From positions 16,244,001-16,308,000 of the forward strand of contig CP075492.1 of NCBI GenBank assembly GCA_021613535.1: a stretch of DNA of 64,000 nt, given 5' to 3'. Below are positions 25,373 to 37,598 of the stretch, in pieces. A program made the position numbers and the translations under genes. Every line of letters starts with the position of its first letter. Position 1 is the stretch's first letter. The DNA is from Adineta vaga (lineage: Eukaryota > Animalia > Rotifera). The notes under the pieces were generated by a model. The model was not told where the DNA came from. It saw only the letters and a list, made by a program, of their open reading frames with translations, and ran no database searches.

Positions 25373-25468
25373 GAATAAATTATTAACAAAAAGTCTCGAA
25401 GATATTTATTTTCATTGTAAAAACGAGAAGTTCTAGAATATTCAACAATACGTTTACCCATATCTTTA

Positions 25469-28400
25469 CTAGAGTTGTTTTTTTAGATAAATCATATCTT
25501 TTATTGTCTTGTTTAGCAGAGGATCTGAGTGAGGAAGAATCTGTTTACGTATTGACAATGCGCTTTGGTAATATTCCAGCGCCTTTGAGTTGTTACCCAT
25601 GTTGATGTGCATCACACCAATAATGTGGTAACAATCAGCCAAGTCTGAATGATTTTCGGGAAGAATTCTTTTCAATATCTCAAATTGTTTTTCGAAATAT
25701 TCTAGTGCTTTTGTGTAATCTTTGATACTGCTGTACACGCTACCCATGTTCGCGTAAGAAGAAGCCAAATCTGAATGATTTTCTGGAAGAAATTCCTCTC
25801 TTATTTTGAGCGCTTTCTCGTAATAATCAATTGCTTTCTTGTGATTACCCATGTTCATATACATTGAACCGATACACTCGTAATTTGCACCGATTTCTGA
25901 ATAATTTTCCGGCTGAAATCTTTTCCAGATTTCGAGGCATTTCATGTGACATTCCAGTGCTTTTTTCCAATTGCACATCTTGTCATGCGTACTAGCAAGA
26001 CAAACGTAACTAGTCACCAAATCTGAATAGTTTTCTGGAGAAGATTTAAGTCTTATTACAAGTGATCTTTCAAAATATTCCAGTGCTTTTGTATAATCAT
26101 GAACATTCCTGCACGTACTACCAAGACAAGTGTAAGTTGTTGCCAAATCTTGGTGATTTTCAGGAGGAGCTTTTTTTCGAATGTGCAAAGCTTTCTCAAA
26201 ATGTTCTTGAGCTTTCGTATAATCATTCATGTTGTAATACACAAAACCAATGTCGTTATGAGAAGAACCTATACGCAGATCATTTTCAGGAAGAGCTTTC
26301 TCTCTTATATTAAGTGCTTTCTTGTAATATTCCAAAGCTCGTGTATAATCATCCTTATCTTTGTACACTTCGCCAATATAATGGTAAGTAGTTGCCCAAT
26401 TTAGATGACTTTCAGGAATAGTTAACTTCAATATTTCCAGATTTTTCTCAAAATATTCTAACGCTTTTGTATAATCATTCAAACTGCTACAGACACTACC
26501 AAGAGCGACATAAATAGTAGCCAGGTCTGAATGGTTTTCTGGAAGAACTTTCTTTCTTATTTCAAGCGTTTTCTCATAGTAGTTAAGTGCGTTTCTATAA
26601 TCATCCATCTTATGATAAACGAACCCGATACTGCTGTAGGTCGAAGCCACATCTGGATGGTTTTCGGAAAGAGCATTCTTCTTTATTTGAACTGCTTTTT
26701 CATAATATTCCAATGCTTTCATGTAACTATGTAAGTTTTGGTAAACCGAACCAACATGATCGTATGAAGTTGCCAAAGTCAGCTGACTTTGAGGGGGAGT
26801 CACTTTTAGTATTTCCAGATGTTTCGCAAAATATTCTAGTGCTTCTTGGTAATTACCCATGCTTTTACAGACAGTACCCAAGTTGGCGTAGGATTCGGCA
26901 AGATCTGGGTGATTTTGAGGAAGAACTTTCTCCCTTATTTGAAGTGCTTTAGTATAATATTCCAGGGCATTCGTGTAATTATTCATGTTAGAATTTACAC
27001 AACCAAGACCGACGTACGTGAGACTTAGTGTAATATGATGCTCTGGGAGAACTTTCGTTTTTATTGTAAGTGCCGCTTCGTAATATTTCAGAGCCTTCGT
27101 GTAGTTCTTCATGACATTAAATAGACCACCAAGATTATCATAAGAATTAGCCAGACCCTGGTGGTTTTCCGGAAGAGCTTTTTCTCTTATTTTAAGTGCT
27201 AGTTCGTTATATTCCAGTGCTTTCATATAATCGCCTAGCTTATAAAACATGCCACCAAGACAAACGTATGTATTAGCTAGATCGGGATCATTTTCAGAGA
27301 GAATTTGTTTTCTTATTTGAAGTGCTTTCTCATAATATTCTTGCGCAAGCGTATAATCTTCCATACTATTATATACACATCCGATATCGTTATAACAAGT
27401 GGCCACATCTGGATGATTTTCAGGAAAAGCATTTTTCCCAATATTAAGCGCTTTTTTGTAATGTTCCAATGATTTGATGTAATTGCCTAGATTGTAATAC
27501 ACATTACCAAGATTGACGTAAATACTAGCCAGTTCTAGCTGATTATCAGAGGGAACGTTCTCTCTGATTCTCAATGCGCTCTCGTAGTTTTCCAGAGCTG
27601 TCGTGTAATTTCCAAGATTCTTATTGGTTGTACCAATATCTTGGTAAGATTTAGCCAAGTCTGGATGGTTTGAAGGTAGAACTTGTTTTCTTATTCTTAG
27701 TGCTTTATCGTGATATTCTAGTGCGTTGTTGTAATCCTCATTATCATTATACACAGTACCGATATTGAAATACGAAGTAGCTAGATCCGGATGGTTTTCA
27801 GGCAGAATTCGCGTGGATATTTCAAGATCTTTTGCACAATATTCCAGTGCTTTTGTGTAATTACCGACGCCCTTGTACGCAATTCCAATGCTAGCATATG
27901 AAATGGCAACATCTGGATGGTTTTCAGGGAGAGATTTCTTTCTTATTTCGAGTGCTTTTTCATAATATGTTATCGCTTTCATGTGATCGCCCATATTGCT
28001 GTACACTAATCCGATATTGTTATAAGTAGTGGAGAGTGAAGGATCATTTTCAGAGACAATCGTCTTTGTTAATTCAAGTGATTTCTCGTAATATTCCAAT
28101 GCTTTTGGGTAATTACCCATGCTGTCATAAGCACAAGCGATGTTACTATAAATTGGTGCTTGAACGGGATGATCTTTGAGTAATATTATCTGATTGATTG
28201 CAAGAGCTTTTTCGGAAAATTTAACTGATTCATTGTAATTACCTTGAGAAAGTGTTATTATTCCGAGCATGTGATATATATGTGCTTGTTCGGGCAAACT
28301 AGTATCATCATTAAGTAATTCCTTGTACAGGTTTTCGGCTTGATTATAGTCGCCAACTTTAACTAATAAACGACCCATTTTCAACCATCCATTGCCTTCT

Positions 28401-29614
28401 ATCTCTTCTTTCATGCGTTGGGTCAATCCAATTAATTGTACATCATTATCATCTGTCAAAGTCAATTGAACTTCCCAAAGTCTTTTGTTTAGTGCATTCT
28501 GCTTGATTTCGCCTATACGGAATACTGTGTGCATAGCGAAAAGAATTTCCTGCTCACCTCCAATAGCCGTATAGTCATCGATAAGAGCGAATGGAGTTGA
28601 TAGGGTTGAAACTTTCTCTGGATCAATTGTCATAATGAACAAGATCCCAACAATATCCTTATTTTTATGCAATGTTCGTTCAACGAAACCCAGAGATACA
28701 TTTTTGTCCATACTGGTAGATAAAAAATTGTTGAATGATAGAAGACCATCACTGGTATCGCGAAGGCGTTGAAAGTCTTCCTTTGAAAGACCTTGACCAC
28801 GATAAACACTAAATTCTTCTTTAAATTTATCTGATTGTTCTTGATGTAGTTGTTGAAGTTGTTTGTGCAGATGACGTATGTAAAACCCCATTTTCAACAT
28901 TGTTTCCATCTGCATTTGTCGTAGTGCTTGATTTAACATACCATATAAGAAAATTTCGGTCGTATACCACCATACAGGTGTTTTACGGCTATAATCGTCT
29001 TGAAATTCTTGCAATTCACCCTCGTTGATACCATGTTCTCGACAATAGTTGACAAGTTTCTTCATACCTTCAGTAGAATCATCATTAATTTCGAGTACCA
29101 CTTCTTTGAATAATAATGTATACATGTATGCTGGTGGCAATTGATCGGTATTATTCTTATCTAATGTTGCTGCTTCTATCATTTTCTTCGATACAAAACT
29201 TATTGGAATCATTTCATAGTCACATCCACGTATCACTTTGTTTAAAGATTGATAAATTGGTTGAATCGAGCTGTACACTCCTTCAATCTTTGACCATTTA
29301 CTAGCCCATACTTCGACTTCTGCTCTATTGCCGCCAAGGATGTAAATGGCCTCCAATTGAGTGATCCCAATGATTTCTGGAACGAGATCCTGACATAAAT
29401 CTGCCGATGAAATAACGAAAGCTTTGTCTTCATCCATTTTCTTTAGATATTCAATACATTGTTTTGTTGTTCGACAAGTTTTCACTTCTTGAACAATTTT
29501 GCGTAGCTCTATTAAAATATTTTGACATTCATCGTTATCCTCATCGACCCATATAAGCAAGTAATTTTGACGAATTCTTCTTCGTGGCGGAATAGATTTT
29601 GGGGATGCACTCAT
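25469..29614 (-). CDS. ADP-ribosyltransferase (R-S-E) plus ~22 TPR repeats, intronless, 1381 aa
   Basis: N-terminal alpha/beta domain (YLLIWVD); VYRGQG, FLSTS and EQEIL catalytic motifs; 42-aa TPR repeats (HPDLAxSY.NIG.VY...G.Y.KALEYYEKAL.I). Confidence 0.92.
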   Translation of the reverse strand: MSASPKSIPPRRRIRQNYLLIWVDEDNDECQNILIELRKIVQEVKTCRTTKQCIEYLKKMDEDKAFVISSADLCQDLVPEIIGITQLEAIYILGGNRAEVEVWASKWSKIEGVYSSIQPIYQSLNKVIRGCDYEMIPISFVSKKMIEAATLDKNNTDQLPPAYMYTLLFKEVVLEINDDSTEGMKKLVNYCREHGINEGELQEFQDDYSRKTPVWWYTTEIFLYGMLNQALRQMQMETMLKMGFYIRHLHKQLQQLHQEQSDKFKEEFSVYRGQGLSKEDFQRLRDTSDGLLSFNNFLSTSMDKNVSLGFVERTLHKNKDIVGILFIMTIDPEKVSTLSTPFALIDDYTAIGGEQEILFAMHTVFRIGEIKQNALNKRLWEVQLTLTDDNDVQLIGLTQRMKEEIEGNGWLKMGRLLVKVGDYNQAENLYKELLNDDTSLPEQAHIYHMLGIITLSQGNYNESVKFSEKALAINQIILLKDHPVQAPIYSNIACAYDSMGNYPKALEYYEKSLELTKTIVSENDPSLSTTYNNIGLVYSNMGDHMKAITYYEKALEIRKKSLPENHPDVAISYASIGIAYKGVGNYTKALEYCAKDLEISTRILPENHPDLATSYFNIGTVYNDNEDYNNALEYHDKALRIRKQVLPSNHPDLAKSYQDIGTTNKNLGNYTTALENYESALRIRENVPSDNQLELASIYVNLGNVYYNLGNYIKSLEHYKKALNIGKNAFPENHPDVATCYNDIGCVYNSMEDYTLAQEYYEKALQIRKQILSENDPDLANTYVCLGGMFYKLGDYMKALEYNELALKIREKALPENHQGLANSYDNLGGLFNVMKNYTKALKYYEAALTIKTKVLPEHHITLSLTYVGLGCVNSNMNNYTNALEYYTKALQIREKVLPQNHPDLAESYANLGTVCKSMGNYQEALEYFAKHLEILKVTPPQSQLTLATSYDHVGSVYQNLHSYMKALEYYEKAVQIKKNALSENHPDVASTYSSIGFVYHKMDDYRNALNYYEKTLEIRKKVLPENHSDLATIYVALGSVCSSLNDYTKALEYFEKNLEILKLTIPESHLNWATTYHYIGEVYKDKDDYTRALEYYKKALNIREKALPENDLRIGSSHNDIGFVYYNMNDYTKAQEHFEKALHIRKKAPPENHQDLATTYTCLGSTCRNVHDYTKALEYFERSLVIRLKSSPENYSDLVTSYVCLASTHDKMCNWKKALECHMKCLEIWKRFQPENYSEIGANYECIGSMYMNMGNHKKAIDYYEKALKIREEFLPENHSDLASSYANMGSVYSSIKDYTKALEYFEKQFEILKRILPENHSDLADCYHIIGVMHINMGNNSKALEYYQSALSIRKQILPHSDPLLNKTIKDMIYLKKQL

Positions 29615-29868
29615 ACTTGCTATAAAGAATTCGAGTAAAGAAGTTGTTTCTTGCGATGAATTTTTGTCTTCAGATGTGTTGCAAGAACGTGGCGCAATAT
29701 TTCCAAGTTGGTTTTATTACAAAATAAATACAAACTACAGAACGCGGAGAACTGTCAGGTGTCTCTCTCATTTGTTTTCATTTCCTTTAGCAATCATCAT
29801 TGCATGAGAGAAAAAAAGAAAAAGAACAGAAATACACTTACATAAGTGAAACGATGTTTGAAGCAAAG

Positions 29869-31155
29869 TTACTCATGACGCTTAAATTCTTCCCAATTTT
29901 TGTGCCACCATTTCAATGCTGATAGAAATGATTTTGATTCTGCAGAGATATTTTCCAGATAAATTATTTGAAAAGAATCATTTTTTTGAATATGTTTAAC
30001 TTTAAAAAATGTCCATGGCAAAATTAAAACTTCATGTTCATCTTCGTATTCGGAAATTGATGGTAAATCATCAGATAATTTCGATAAATTAATCGCCATA
30101 AAACATTTTTCATAAAAATGAAAAACCAAGAGAACACGTTGTTGTTTATTATCATTTGTTTCAATTGAATTTTTTGCGAATGTTTCGGCTTTTTCTTGTC
30201 TTAAAGAAGTTGAAGAAAATGTTTTAAGTTTAATAATAGAATTATGTTGTAATGCCCATTTATAAGCATAAAAATCTTCATTAGACATAGTTAAACCACG
30301 ATAGGATATGCCTTGAAAGAAACGTTTTTCTAATTGATTTAATGAGAAAATTAAAGGAAGAAAAATAGGTTTATCATTGAGTTTTAATTTTCCATATAAA
30401 GGTGTTTCAAGTGTGTATAAATGTAGGAGATGTTCAACTTTACCATGTTTTATATATTCATTTAGAAGATAAATACATTTCTCATATTCCGAATGTTTAT
30501 CAGTAACATCATCAAGAATCAGTTCATGAAGATCATCACAAAGATCAGTTCTCCATGGATTGAGATAATTTCCGTGTTCATCACGACGTTTACCTAAATT
30601 TTTAAATAATCGTGTATTAAATAATGCCATAAAACCTTTCACGACCGATGAATTAGTTAGACTTGTTACAGAACTCATTGCTTCTTTTGAAAATCGAATT
30701 ATTTTATCATCTTCAAAACATTGAATCCATTTATCGTTTGGTAGTGTCTCGATTGTTTCTTCTTCTTCATCCTCATCGAAATTTGTTTTAAATTCAAATA
30801 TCTTGAATATTTCATTATTTTCATCACAAAATCGATTGGTTGATCCTTGTGGACGATGAAATAATTGACGAATTTCATCTGAATATGCTTCTTCATATGC
30901 TGTTAATCCATATCGATTCTTTTGATCACGTCTACAACCACGAACATTAAGTAAAAGATAAACAATTTCTGTATGGCCAGAAAAAGAAGCACCATGTAAA
31001 GGAGTACTACCATTGGGTTCTAAACAATTTATTTCATCATATTTCATCGTTGATAACATTTGTTTAACACTTTCAACATCTCCATTCCGACATGCCCAGT
31101 AAAATTGACTTACTGGTGAATTATGAAGAATTGTTTTACTATCATTATTTCCCAT
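29869..31155 (-). CDS. Ankyrin-repeat ADP-ribosyltransferase (R-S-E), probably N-myristoylated
   Basis: Likely start MGNNDSK at 31155; ankyrin motifs (ACRNGD, GSTPLHGA, YGLTAYEEA); SYRG, FSSTS and EHEVLILP motifs. Confidence 0.88.
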   Translation of the reverse strand: MGNNDSKTILHNSPVSQFYWACRNGDVESVKQMLSTMKYDEINCLEPNGSTPLHGASFSGHTEIVYLLLNVRGCRRDQKNRYGLTAYEEAYSDEIRQLFHRPQGSTNRFCDENNEIFKIFEFKTNFDEDEEEETIETLPNDKWIQCFEDDKIIRFSKEAMSSVTSLTNSSVVKGFMALFNTRLFKNLGKRRDEHGNYLNPWRTDLCDDLHELILDDVTDKHSEYEKCIYLLNEYIKHGKVEHLLHLYTLETPLYGKLKLNDKPIFLPLIFSLNQLEKRFFQGISYRGLTMSNEDFYAYKWALQHNSIIKLKTFSSTSLRQEKAETFAKNSIETNDNKQQRVLLVFHFYEKCFMAINLSKLSDDLPSISEYEDEHEVLILPWTFFKVKHIQKNDSFQIIYLENISAESKSFLSALKWWHKNWEEFKRHE

Positions 31156-31689
31156 GAAACGTTTTAAATACATAATAAAACAATTATCATTTGAAATGAA
31201 TACTTTTCTCAAGAGAAATAATCGTGTGTGAAAAAAATATATACTTTCTTTAATAATTTACAATCGATTGATTTTCTTCATGAATGAACACATAAAAATC
31301 GAAATTTGAATAAATGAATATTTCTTATTCTTTTCAATTCATTGATTTCATTTTCTATCTATGTTAATTAAATTTAAGAATATTATATGAATCATTTCAA
31401 GATTATCAGAAAATATTCGTATCATAAGAAATCGTTCTGCTGAGTCTATTACAATATATCGATATATTAGACCACGCGATGTTTTTAGCAAGGTAATATG
31501 TGAATGAAATTCTCAAAAATGTAGAAAAGGGCTAAGAAGAGATTGTTAAACATAATCTAGTATTTCATATCTTTACTTATCAAATCGTTCTGTAGATTTT
31601 GACTGTTTATCATAGGAACAAAATAGAGTTGTTTTTTGCGATTTTCTTTTTAATAAGATGGTTTTCGATGCAGATAAAATTTATTGATT

Positions 31690-31761
31690 CAACTGCACTT
31701 TAATGGTACCATCACAATCAACGTGAGGGTGTAGGGGAAGGTTGTCATTAAAGTGCAGTTG
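31690..31761. mobile_element. 72-bp MITE-like hairpin
   Basis: Perfect 16-bp terminal inverted repeat CAACTGCACTTTAATG / CATTAAAGTGCAGTTG; TA on the 3' flank. Confidence 0.6.
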
Positions 31762-31964
31762 TACCCACTGACGCGTTACTTGTTCATAATACAAACATAT
31801 ATGAAATAGAGGAAAGTAAATGCGCATGGACCATCGAAACGGTCAAGCAAAAGGTCAATTCTAAAAAGAAATAGCCATCATGATATTTCCCAATGGATAA
31901 AAGGTCAAATATATATATATATATATATATACATTCGCTGCTATTTTTCTGCAATCTAAACACA

Positions 31965-33068
31965 ATGACAAACTTAGAACAATTGCCAAATGAATTACTA
32001 TTATTATGTTTTGTTTATTTGGATTTTTATTCTATTTATGAAATATTCTTTCATTTAAATCTTCGTTTCAATCAATTAATCCGATATCGAACAAAAATTC
32101 ATCTTCATTTACCTTCAATTCCATCTGGAAAATTTTTTCAATTTTGTTATCAATTAAAACAATACATTGAAACAACTGAAAACTATCCATGTATACTTGT
32201 AGCTGAAAGTAAATACAAACTTAAATTAATCTTGGAAGATGAATTTTTTACTGAATCATTCTCTAAACTACGATCATTAATATTATCGAATGTAGATTGT
32301 CAAACTGTTGGTTTCATTATTTTTGATTGTCCAACAAAATTATATGAAAATTTAGAACGATTAAGTTTATTGAATAATGTCACGGAATATGATCGTAAAT
32401 CACGATATAACATAGAATGTAAGAATACTCTTGCCGTTATATACACCAATCAATTTGATATATTTAGGGCTTTGCAACAATTTGATCTCATCAAAAATGA
32501 AATCATTGAAATATCTCAAACTAAATATCAAACACTACAAATCTGAATCTCATTTTAATTTAAATTTCGATGAATTTACAATGGAGAATAAATCCATATC
32601 TAATTTAGAAACTCTTATTATTGGATGTAAGTTATTTAGTTAATTTATAGCTAATCATATATATCTTTATTAGATAGTGGTTATCATACGTATACAATAG
32701 TATCATTTGAGACATTAACTGAAAAATTATTACTACGTTTATCAAACTTAAAAAACTTACTCATCGATTTTCTTGAATTTGAGAATTACTGTATGGCCTA
32801 CGGACGAGTATGTAAATTCATTGTATTTTGATGTAAACGTTTAATTTTTTTTTCTTCTTTTTAATAGACACTACCATCTACAACAGATATTATTTCAAAT
32901 GTTCCATCAAGTTTACAATATGTTAAAATCGAAGTTGAAGGAGATGGATCTGATCCAGATGATGAAAAAATAGTGACAACGTTTTTGCGAAATTTCTTTC
33001 TGAATAGCAATCCGTCTGATAAGAGAATAGTTAAAATAATTTTCATCGATAATTCAGACAGTTTTTGA
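31965..33068 (+). CDS. F-box-like / LRR-like protein, 4 exons
   Basis: MTNLEQLPNELLLLCFVYL F-box-like start. Exons 31965-32418, 32468-32626, 32674-32807, 32868-33068 splice in frame; LxxLxL repeats. Confidence 0.8.
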
Positions 33069-34104
33069 AAGAACATTGACGCAGCTATTTAATAAATTTG
33101 TTGAGATTGATTGAATATGTAATTTCATTTTAACTGAACTAACTGAAAAAATATTCTTGGATGGATGTGAGTATTACATCCATCCCGCACCTTTAAGATT
33201 ATGAAAAGATAATTGAAATATTTGCTATTCAATACAAGAGTAATAGAATAGCACTAAAATAACTGTTCTTTTTTACTATTTATTTTCTTCTTTTCTTGAC
33301 TAACTTTGTTATTTCCCCTTATATATCCTACTCCTGGGTCAAACATTACATTGAAACTTATAATCACCTTTCTTTATATTCATCAATATGAACGTTAATT
33401 TTTAGTTGTTTTTTATCAAATGATATTTTAAATCGATAGACATTGATAATATTGAATAAAAAGAATATTATTAAGTAAAAAATATATTGTTTCTCTTTTA
33501 GCATACAAGCAATACATGTGAAAATAAAACATTCACAAATGTAATAAAAAAAGGGTTAATTCTCTCAATATCGGATATATATGTTCCATCAACTGTATTT
33601 GCGAATTACTAAGACTTATGAAGTAATAAGCAATTTTTTTAATAAGAAGAATCATATGTAATATTTATCTTCTCTTAAAAGAAAAAAAACCAGATTGGAA
33701 TGATATATTCTACGTTCTTTACGAAACAATACACACGATTAAAAAAGATTAAATAACTTAATAATATTAATAGAAAAACTTTTGAAAAAATATTGCTTAA
33801 TGAAAGATAATTTAAAGAAACTAAATGTAAACATGATCGTGTCACGCTTGAATAATAAATCGATTTTTTTAGATAAATACGGATGAGTATAATTAACGAA
33901 CGTACATATATGTGTATAATATTAAAAAGAATGAGAAAAAATAGACCATAGAATAAATAATATATACATATTTGGCTATCTAATTACATTCACTTCTAGA
34001 TATTATGTGTATCAATATGAAACGATTTATTTTCAAATATTCCAATAAGTAGATTTCATAATAAAATTCAATTTTTTCTTTTAAATTTTCCTTTTTTGTG
34101 CTAG

Positions 34105-37100
34105 AAGTTTAAAAAACATTCGATTTTTATTTTATTTATGGATAATTGGATTATTTTTAATGATTATAATATCATTTATTTATCTTATTACGACAAATAA
34201 TGAAGATAGAATTGAAAATGAATTTTTCGATAATTCAAGTGAAAAATAAACTTTTTTGCTTTTTTTAAAAGTTTTATTATTGTCTTATTTCTAGTTTCAA
34301 GCTCATTTTATTTTTATTACAATTCATCATTACCGATAAATCAATCAATGGCTATTACAAATTTATCTGAGATTACAAAACAAGTAAAATAGAAAGAAAA
34401 AATAGGATTATTTCTTTTTTCTTTTTAAAGTTTTCAAAATACTATAGTTTATCAATGAATATTATTCGAGTATTATCAATGAAATTTATTGAAACAATTA
34501 TATCAAATAAAAGAAAAAGAGAAATGTATGTATTTGTATTTCAAAAAGAATTTATTTTTATTTTATTAAATTTTAGTGAAGAAATAAATTTATTTTTAAT
34601 TCAATGTGAAATAAAATATCCAAAAAAATGTAATGGAGTTAAATTATGCCATGATCGTTTTATTTCAAATATATTCCAAATTATTAAATTATCACCAAAA
34701 CAATTATCTTTTTCTATTTCATTTAATTATCAATTTACCATTATTATTCCAATGACATTTTTATCAATTAATCAAACAATTTCTTCAACACGTAAATAAT
34801 TACAAATTTATTCAAAAACAAAAAGAAAACAACAAGATTTTGCATTTATTATTGTAGTAATGATAACTCAAACTAGTTCTATTTACACAACGAATACATT
34901 TTCAACATCAACTGTATCAACAATGACATTATTAGCAACAATAACAGGACTAACATCAACACAGTTGATAACAACTACGACACTAACAACTGGACCTACA
35001 TCAACAACAACCACAGTATTAACAACGACATCGGAAACCACAACAATCACAACAACAGTATTAACAATGACAGTAGAATCTACAACAACAACAACAACAC
35101 CAGGTGAGATTTCCATATTATTTCTCGTAATAAAAGAGAGTAATTTGTTAATAAAATAAAAAATATATAGAAACCTCGGATCAAAAAAAGACAAACTGAT
35201 TCTGTGATTTCAGGCGGTCTTATGATTAGAAATCCGTTTATTTCCCCCTTCAAGTCACTTGAGTGGTTTTTCAGCAAAGTAATAATAGCAAGTAGCAGTT
35301 TCACGTCTAATAGTTATCAAACTGCTGATTGTCTGCTAAAGTACAGATGAACGACAAACGTCAAAAACGAAAATCTACCCACCTACTCGCATAGATAATT
35401 CGAAACTTCTACGTAAACATCTTCTGCATCGATTCATTTTTAATATTGATAAATCATTAAAATACCATAGATTCCGATGATTCGTGCTCACTATTCAACT
35501 TTTCTGAATTTCTACTATGATTTTGTTCTTTCTAGTACCCGCCTACCTATACATGAGTTTTCTCTCCTTCACAACTGGCACTTCTCCACAATCGTTGGCC
35601 GTTGTAGATATTAATAATGATAACAAACCTGACATAGTTGCGGCCAACTATGGTGCAAATACAGTTAGCGTTTTTCGGAATATAGGTAATAGCACATTTG
35701 CTACACAAGTTACCTTCGCAACTGGCACTAATCCACAATCAGTGGTCGTTGTAGATGTAAATTCAGACAACAGACCTGATATTATTACGGCCAACTATGG
35801 TGCAAGCACGGTTAGTGTCCTATTGAACACAGGCAATAGCACATTTGCTTCTCAAGCTACCTTCGCAACTGGCACTAATCCGCAATCAATAATTGTCACT
35901 GATGTTAATAACGATAGCACACCGGATATAATCACAGCAAACAGTGGCGCAAATACAGTTAGTATCCTGCTGAATACAGGCAATAGCACATTTGCTACTC
36001 AAGTTACCTTCGCAACTGGCACTAATCCGCAATCAATAATCGTCACTGATGTTAATAATGATAGCACACCGGATATAATCACAGCAAACAGTGGTGAAAA
36101 CACAATTAGTATCCTTCTGAATACAGGTAATAGTACATTTGCTACACAAATTACCTTCGTAACGGGCACTAATCCACAATCAGTGGCCGTCGTTGATATA
36201 AATGCAGACAACAGACCTGATATTATTGCGGCCAACTATGGAGCAAATACAGTTAGTGTCCTACTAAATACAGGCAATGCTACATTTTCCTCGCAAGTTA
36301 CCTTCACAACCGGCGCTAATCCAAAAGCAGTGGCCGTTATTGATGTAAATTCAGACAACAGACCTGATATTATTACGGCCAACTATGGAGCAGGCACAGT
36401 TAGTGTCCTACTGAATACAGGTGATAGCACATTTGCTTCTCAAGTTACCTTCGCCACTGGAACTAGTCCGAGATCAGTGGCCGTCGTAGATATAAATTCA
36501 GACGACAGAGCCGATATAATTACGGCAAACAGTGGTGCAAACACTGTTAGTCTGCTTCGCAATACAGGCAGCGCAACATTTTCCTCTCAAATTACCTACA
36601 CAACTGGAACTGGTCCACTCTCAGTGGCAGTTGTAGACGTAAATTCAGATAATAAACCTGATATAGTTACGGCAAACAGTGGTGCTAACACGGTTAGCGT
36701 TTTTCAGAATACAGATAATGGCATATTTTCTTCTCAAATTACTTTCGCCACTGGAACTAGTCCGAGATCAGTGACCGTCGTAGATATAAATTCAGACGAC
36801 AGAGCCGATATAATTACGGCCAACTATGGTGCAAACACAATTAGTATCCTTCTAAATACAGGCAATAGCACATTTGGTTCTCAAATTACCTACACAACTG
36901 GAACTGGTCCACTCTCTGTGGCAGTTGTAGATGTAAATTCAGACAATAAACCGGATATAGTTACGGCAAACTATGGCGCAAATACAGTTAGTGTCCTACT
37001 AAATACAGGCAATGCTACATTTTCCCCTCAAGTTACCTTCGCAACTGGCACTAATCCACAATCAGTGGCCGTCGTTGATATAAATGCAGACAACAGACCT

Positions 37101-37598
37101 GATATTATTACGGCCAACTATGGTGCAAGTACAGTTAGCATTTTTCTGAATACAGATAATGGTACATTTGCTTCTCAAGTTACTTTCGCAACTGGCGCTA
37201 ATCCATACTCAGCAGCAGTTGTCGACATTAATGGTGATAGTAAACCTGATATAGTAACGGCAAACTATGGTGCAGGCACTGTTAGCATTTTTCTGAATAC
37301 AGATAATGGTACATTTGCTCCTCAAGTTACCTTCGCATCAGGCAGTTATCCATACTCAGTGGTCGTTGTAGATATAAATTCAGACAATAAACCTGATATA
37401 ATTACGGCAAATAGTGTTGCAAGCATAGTTAATATTCTTCTCAATGAAGGCAATATCACATTCTCTTCTCGAAGTACTTTCGCAACTAGCCGTAATCCCT
37501 CATCAGTAGCTGTTATAGATGTAAATTCAGACAGCAAACCTGATATAGTTACGTCAAACTTTGTTGGAAATAGTGTTGGGATTTTGTTTCACTATTAA
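34105..37598 (+). CDS. Type II membrane protein with Thr-rich stalk and 14 FG-GAP/VCBS repeats (5' start not resolved)
   Basis: Terminal exon 35536-37598 carries 49-aa repeats with DxNxDxxPDIxxAN. It splices in frame to exons 34858-35103 (Thr-rich), 34577-34791, 34431-34525 and 34295-34383, and to a TM-coding exon at ~34105-34238. Confidence 0.75.

Noticed and set aside
26062-29433. Short ORFs overlapping the ART-TPR gene
   Set aside because: Antisense or alternate-frame shadows with no motifs.
35536-37598. Regular repeats that could suggest a CRISPR array
   Set aside because: 147-bp in-frame coding repeats with no unique spacers or cas genes; eukaryotic context.
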